The translations under genes and the position numbers were made by a program. Below the pieces are notes generated by a model. The model searched no databases, was not told the origin of the DNA, and saw only the letters and a list, made by a program, of their open reading frames with translations. From Chloroflexota bacterium (lineage in GTDB: Bacteria; Chloroflexota; Dormibacteria; CF-121): DNA of 53,697 bases. This document shows, piece by piece, positions 51,591 to 53,697 of the stretch. Location of the stretch: NCBI GenBank assembly GCA_005880875.1, contig VBJI01000076.1, forward strand, positions 1 to 53,697. Reading direction: 5' to 3'. Positions within the stretch are counted from its first letter, which is position 1. The number at the start of each line of letters is the position of its first letter.

Positions 51591-53697
51591 ATGGAGGTCC
51601 GGCATGCCAGGAAAGCGGAAGAGCTCGTCGATCAAGAACCCGAAGACCTACGAGGGGCTGAAGAAGAAGGGCATGCCGAAGGCTCGCGCGGCCGCGATCA
51701 GCAACGCCCAGGCTCGCAAGAAGAAGAAAAAGAAGTAGCGCCCGGCCGGACCCCGCTCAGCCCGCCGGCGGTTGCGGCCTGGCGTCCCGAGTACATCCCG
51801 GCCTACCTCTCGAGTGGCCTGATTGGGCTGCGGGCGGGACCGATCCCGCTGACCGAGGGCCTGGCGATCGTCAACGGGCTCGCCGCGATCGACCCGGTCG
51901 AGCAGGGTGAGGGCTTCGCGCGCGGTCCCTATCCGATCGGCGGCGACATCGAGCTCGACGGCCAGCAGTTGAGCCGTCTCCCCCGCCAGAGCGAGTTCGT
52001 TGAGCAGCGCCATGACTTTTCGTGTGGCGAGCTCAGCAGCCGATTTCGGTTTCGATCCGGCGCCACGACGGCGACCGTCGACGTCTTGACGCTTTGCAGC
52101 CGATCGCTTCCCACGGTCGTCCTGCAGGAGGTCCGCGTCCGCGTCGATCAGCCCTGCCGTCTCGTGGTCACGGCCAAGCTCGACCCTACCGGTATCACTG
52201 GTCGCTGGCGCTCCCGCGAAACCTCGACGCCGGGCGCCGCGGAGCCGGTCGTCGACGGCTCCATGCTCTGGGAAGTCAACGGCGCGCTGTCGACCTGCGG
52301 CGCCGCCTACATCACGCGCTTCGACGGTGGCGAGGGCGTCGAGCGCCGGCGCGAGGAACACGATCAGCTGGCGCCCCTGAGCACTTCGTACAGCGTCGAC
52401 GCGAGGCCGGAGCGCAGCTACGTGCTCCAGCAGCTCACCAGCCTGGTCCCGAGCCAGTCCCATCACGAGCCCGATCGCCAGGCGGCGCGCCTGGTCGGCA
52501 TGGCGGCGCGGCGCGGCTTCCAGAAATTACGCGTGGAGAACCGCGGCGCATGGGAGGAGATCTGGAAGGGACGCATCAAGCTGATCGGTGCCGGGGCGCG
52601 ATGGCAGTCGCTTTCCGACGCCGCCTACTACTACCTCCACGCCTCGGCGCATTCGTCATCCCTGTTCAGCACGTCGATGTTCGGCCTCGCCTACTGGCCC
52701 AACTACCACTATTACCGAGGCCACGTGATGTGGGATATCGAGGCCTTCACCTTTCCGACACTGCTGCTGACCGCGCCGGAGTCTGCCTATGCCCTCCTCG
52801 AATACCGGGCGCAGCGGCTCACGGCCGCCGAACGCAACGCCGCGCTGCACGGGTACCGCGGCCTCCAGTTCCCCTGGGCAAGCGGGCCTCGCCATGGCGA
52901 AGAGGTGATTCGGCTGTCGGCGCCGCACCTGGTCTTCGAACAGCACGTGAGTCTGAGCGTAGCGAGAGCATTCGCGCAGTACGTGCACGCCACCGGCGAC
53001 GACGACTACCTGCGCGAGAAAGCCTGGCCCGTCCTCGAGGGTGTCGCAAACTGGCTCGTCAGTAGAGCGATCAAGACCGACCGCGGCTACGAACTCAAGG
53101 AGGTCATCGGCATCGCCGAGCAGACGGATCCGGTCGACAACAATGCCTACATGAACATGGCCGCCAGCGTCGTCTTACGCGAGGCGGCGGGCTTCGCCCG
53201 CCGGCTGAACCGCGCCGACGCTCAACGGTGGGATCGAATGGCCGATGCAATCCATGTGCCGATCGATAACACTCGAGGCTACATCCGCAATCACGACCGC
53301 TATTCGGCGGAGGAACGCGGCCCCGCGGCATCGACGCCGGAGGCGTTGGCCGGCATCTTCCCGATGGACTATCCCGTCGAGCCGCAGCTCGAGCGAGCCA
53401 CCATCGACTTCTATCTCGGCCGGGCTGGGGAGTACGTTGGCCGGCCCATGCTTTCCGCCCTCCTCGGCGTCTACGCCGCGCGCGCCGGTGATCGGGCTGA
53501 ATCCCTCCGGTGGTTCGAGCGCGGCTACGCGGATTTCATCGAGGACCCGTTCATGGAGACCAACGAGTTCAGCCTGAAACGGTTTCCCGACAAGCCGCGC
53601 GTCGGCCCCTTCATGGCGAACCTGGGCGGATTCTTGATGAGCTGCCTCTACGGCCTCACCGGCCTCGTGCTGAGCGCCGCCGAACCGGCCGCGTGGT
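51591..53697 (+). CDS. Glycoside hydrolase family 65-like enzyme (phosphorylase or hydrolase), 3'-partial; start unresolved
   Basis: This frame is open from 51585 to the window end and is absent from the ORF track because it has no stop. The hand translation gives AAWRPEYIPAYLSSGLIGLRAGP... and then GHVMWDIEAFTFPTLLLTAPESAYALLEYRAQRLTAAERNAALHGYRGLQFPWASGPRHGEE. It continues with IGIAEQTDPVDNNAYMN and GPFMANLGGFLMSCLYGLTGL. The only canonical in-frame start upstream of the conserved N-terminus is ATG 51591. Confidence 0.8.
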   Translation, partial: MEVRHARKAEELVDQEPEDLRGAEEEGHAEGSRGRDQQRPGSQEEEKEVAPGRTPLSPPAVAAWRPEYIPAYLSSGLIGLRAGPIPLTEGLAIVNGLAAIDPVEQGEGFARGPYPIGGDIELDGQQLSRLPRQSEFVEQRHDFSCGELSSRFRFRSGATTATVDVLTLCSRSLPTVVLQEVRVRVDQPCRLVVTAKLDPTGITGRWRSRETSTPGAAEPVVDGSMLWEVNGALSTCGAAYITRFDGGEGVERRREEHDQLAPLSTSYSVDARPERSYVLQQLTSLVPSQSHHEPDRQAARLVGMAARRGFQKLRVENRGAWEEIWKGRIKLIGAGARWQSLSDAAYYYLHASAHSSSLFSTSMFGLAYWPNYHYYRGHVMWDIEAFTFPTLLLTAPESAYALLEYRAQRLTAAERNAALHGYRGLQFPWASGPRHGEEVIRLSAPHLVFEQHVSLSVARAFAQYVHATGDDDYLREKAWPVLEGVANWLVSRAIKTDRGYELKEVIGIAEQTDPVDNNAYMNMAASVVLREAAGFARRLNRADAQRWDRMADAIHVPIDNTRGYIRNHDRYSAEERGPAASTPEALAGIFPMDYPVEPQLERATIDFYLGRAGEYVGRPMLSALLGVYAARAGDRAESLRWFERGYADFIEDPFMETNEFSLKRFPDKPRVGPFMANLGGFLMSCLYGLTGLVLSAAEPAAW
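51604..51738 (+). CDS. 44-aa Lys-rich small protein (N-terminal SSIK.P..YE.L...GM.K..AA.ISNA motif family)
   Basis: This ORF is below the length cut-off of the ORF track and was translated by hand: MPGKRKSSSIKNPKTYEGLKKKGMPKARAAAISNAQARKKKKKK. GGAGG lies 6 nt upstream of the ATG. From memory, the motif matches small actinobacterial-type proteins often annotated as DUF or Rho-N-terminal-domain-like. Confidence 0.55.
   Translation: MPGKRKSSSIKNPKTYEGLKKKGMPKARAAAISNAQARKKKKKK

Overview
This is a high-GC bacterial chromosomal segment, roughly two-thirds G+C by eye (not computed). Coding density is about 90%. I found no rRNA, CRISPR array, transposase, integrase or recognisable defence genes, and one tRNA (Gly-CCC). 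All functional calls rest on motifs I recognised by reading the translations; no searches were run.

Layout, left to right:
1. 1-6.1 kb: a phosphate/polyphosphate module. It holds a DUF47/PhoU-like gene plus a PiT transporter, then ppk1, a CYTH-CHAD protein, a Nudix hydrolase and a SixA-like phosphatase.
2. 6.1-9.9 kb: a GNAT acetyltransferase, a Kelch-type lipoprotein and two Dpp/Opp-like ABC permeases with no ATPase or binding protein.
3. 10.9-25.4 kb: ten consecutive minus-strand genes that look like a non-canonical, fusion-rich alpha-glucan/sugar-nucleotide cluster. In transcription order they are an IMPase/FBPase-like phosphatase, a GT4 glycosyltransferase, a GH57, an orphan receiver domain, a membrane protein, a 1222-aa GH57::GT5 glycogen-synthase fusion, an MFS::amidohydrolase fusion, a GalT-like enzyme, and an NDP-sugar pyrophosphorylase fused to a degenerate phosphohexomutase-like domain.
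4. 25.3-32.0 kb: an envelope-glycosylation island with a PIG-V-like glycosyltransferase, a large GT-C-like membrane protein, a GT39 protein mannosyltransferase and an SDR epimerase.
5. 32.2-35.1 kb: an Rrf2 regulator, two tandem ThiF/MoeB E1-like genes and an MTA phosphorylase.
6. 36.8-51.5 kb: housekeeping and accessory genes. These are two enoyl-CoA hydratases, MgtC, an ABC-F ATPase, two glutamine synthetases, ACT, GNAT, SDR, Fpg, and a TetR regulator with an ABC-2 exporter.
7. 51.6 kb to the end: a 44-aa Lys-rich ORF overlapping the 5' end of a GH65-family ORF that runs off the window.

The most interesting items are the fusion-rich glucan cluster, the tandem E1-like pair, the dual-frame junction at 51.6 kb, an orphan plus-strand terminator that may mark a C-rich sRNA, and conserved N-termini that lack a canonical start codon. 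Many long ORFs in the track are Arg/Pro/Gly-rich antisense shadows of real genes and were rejected. The track translates GTG/TTG starts as M, so several starts were re-placed by hand.
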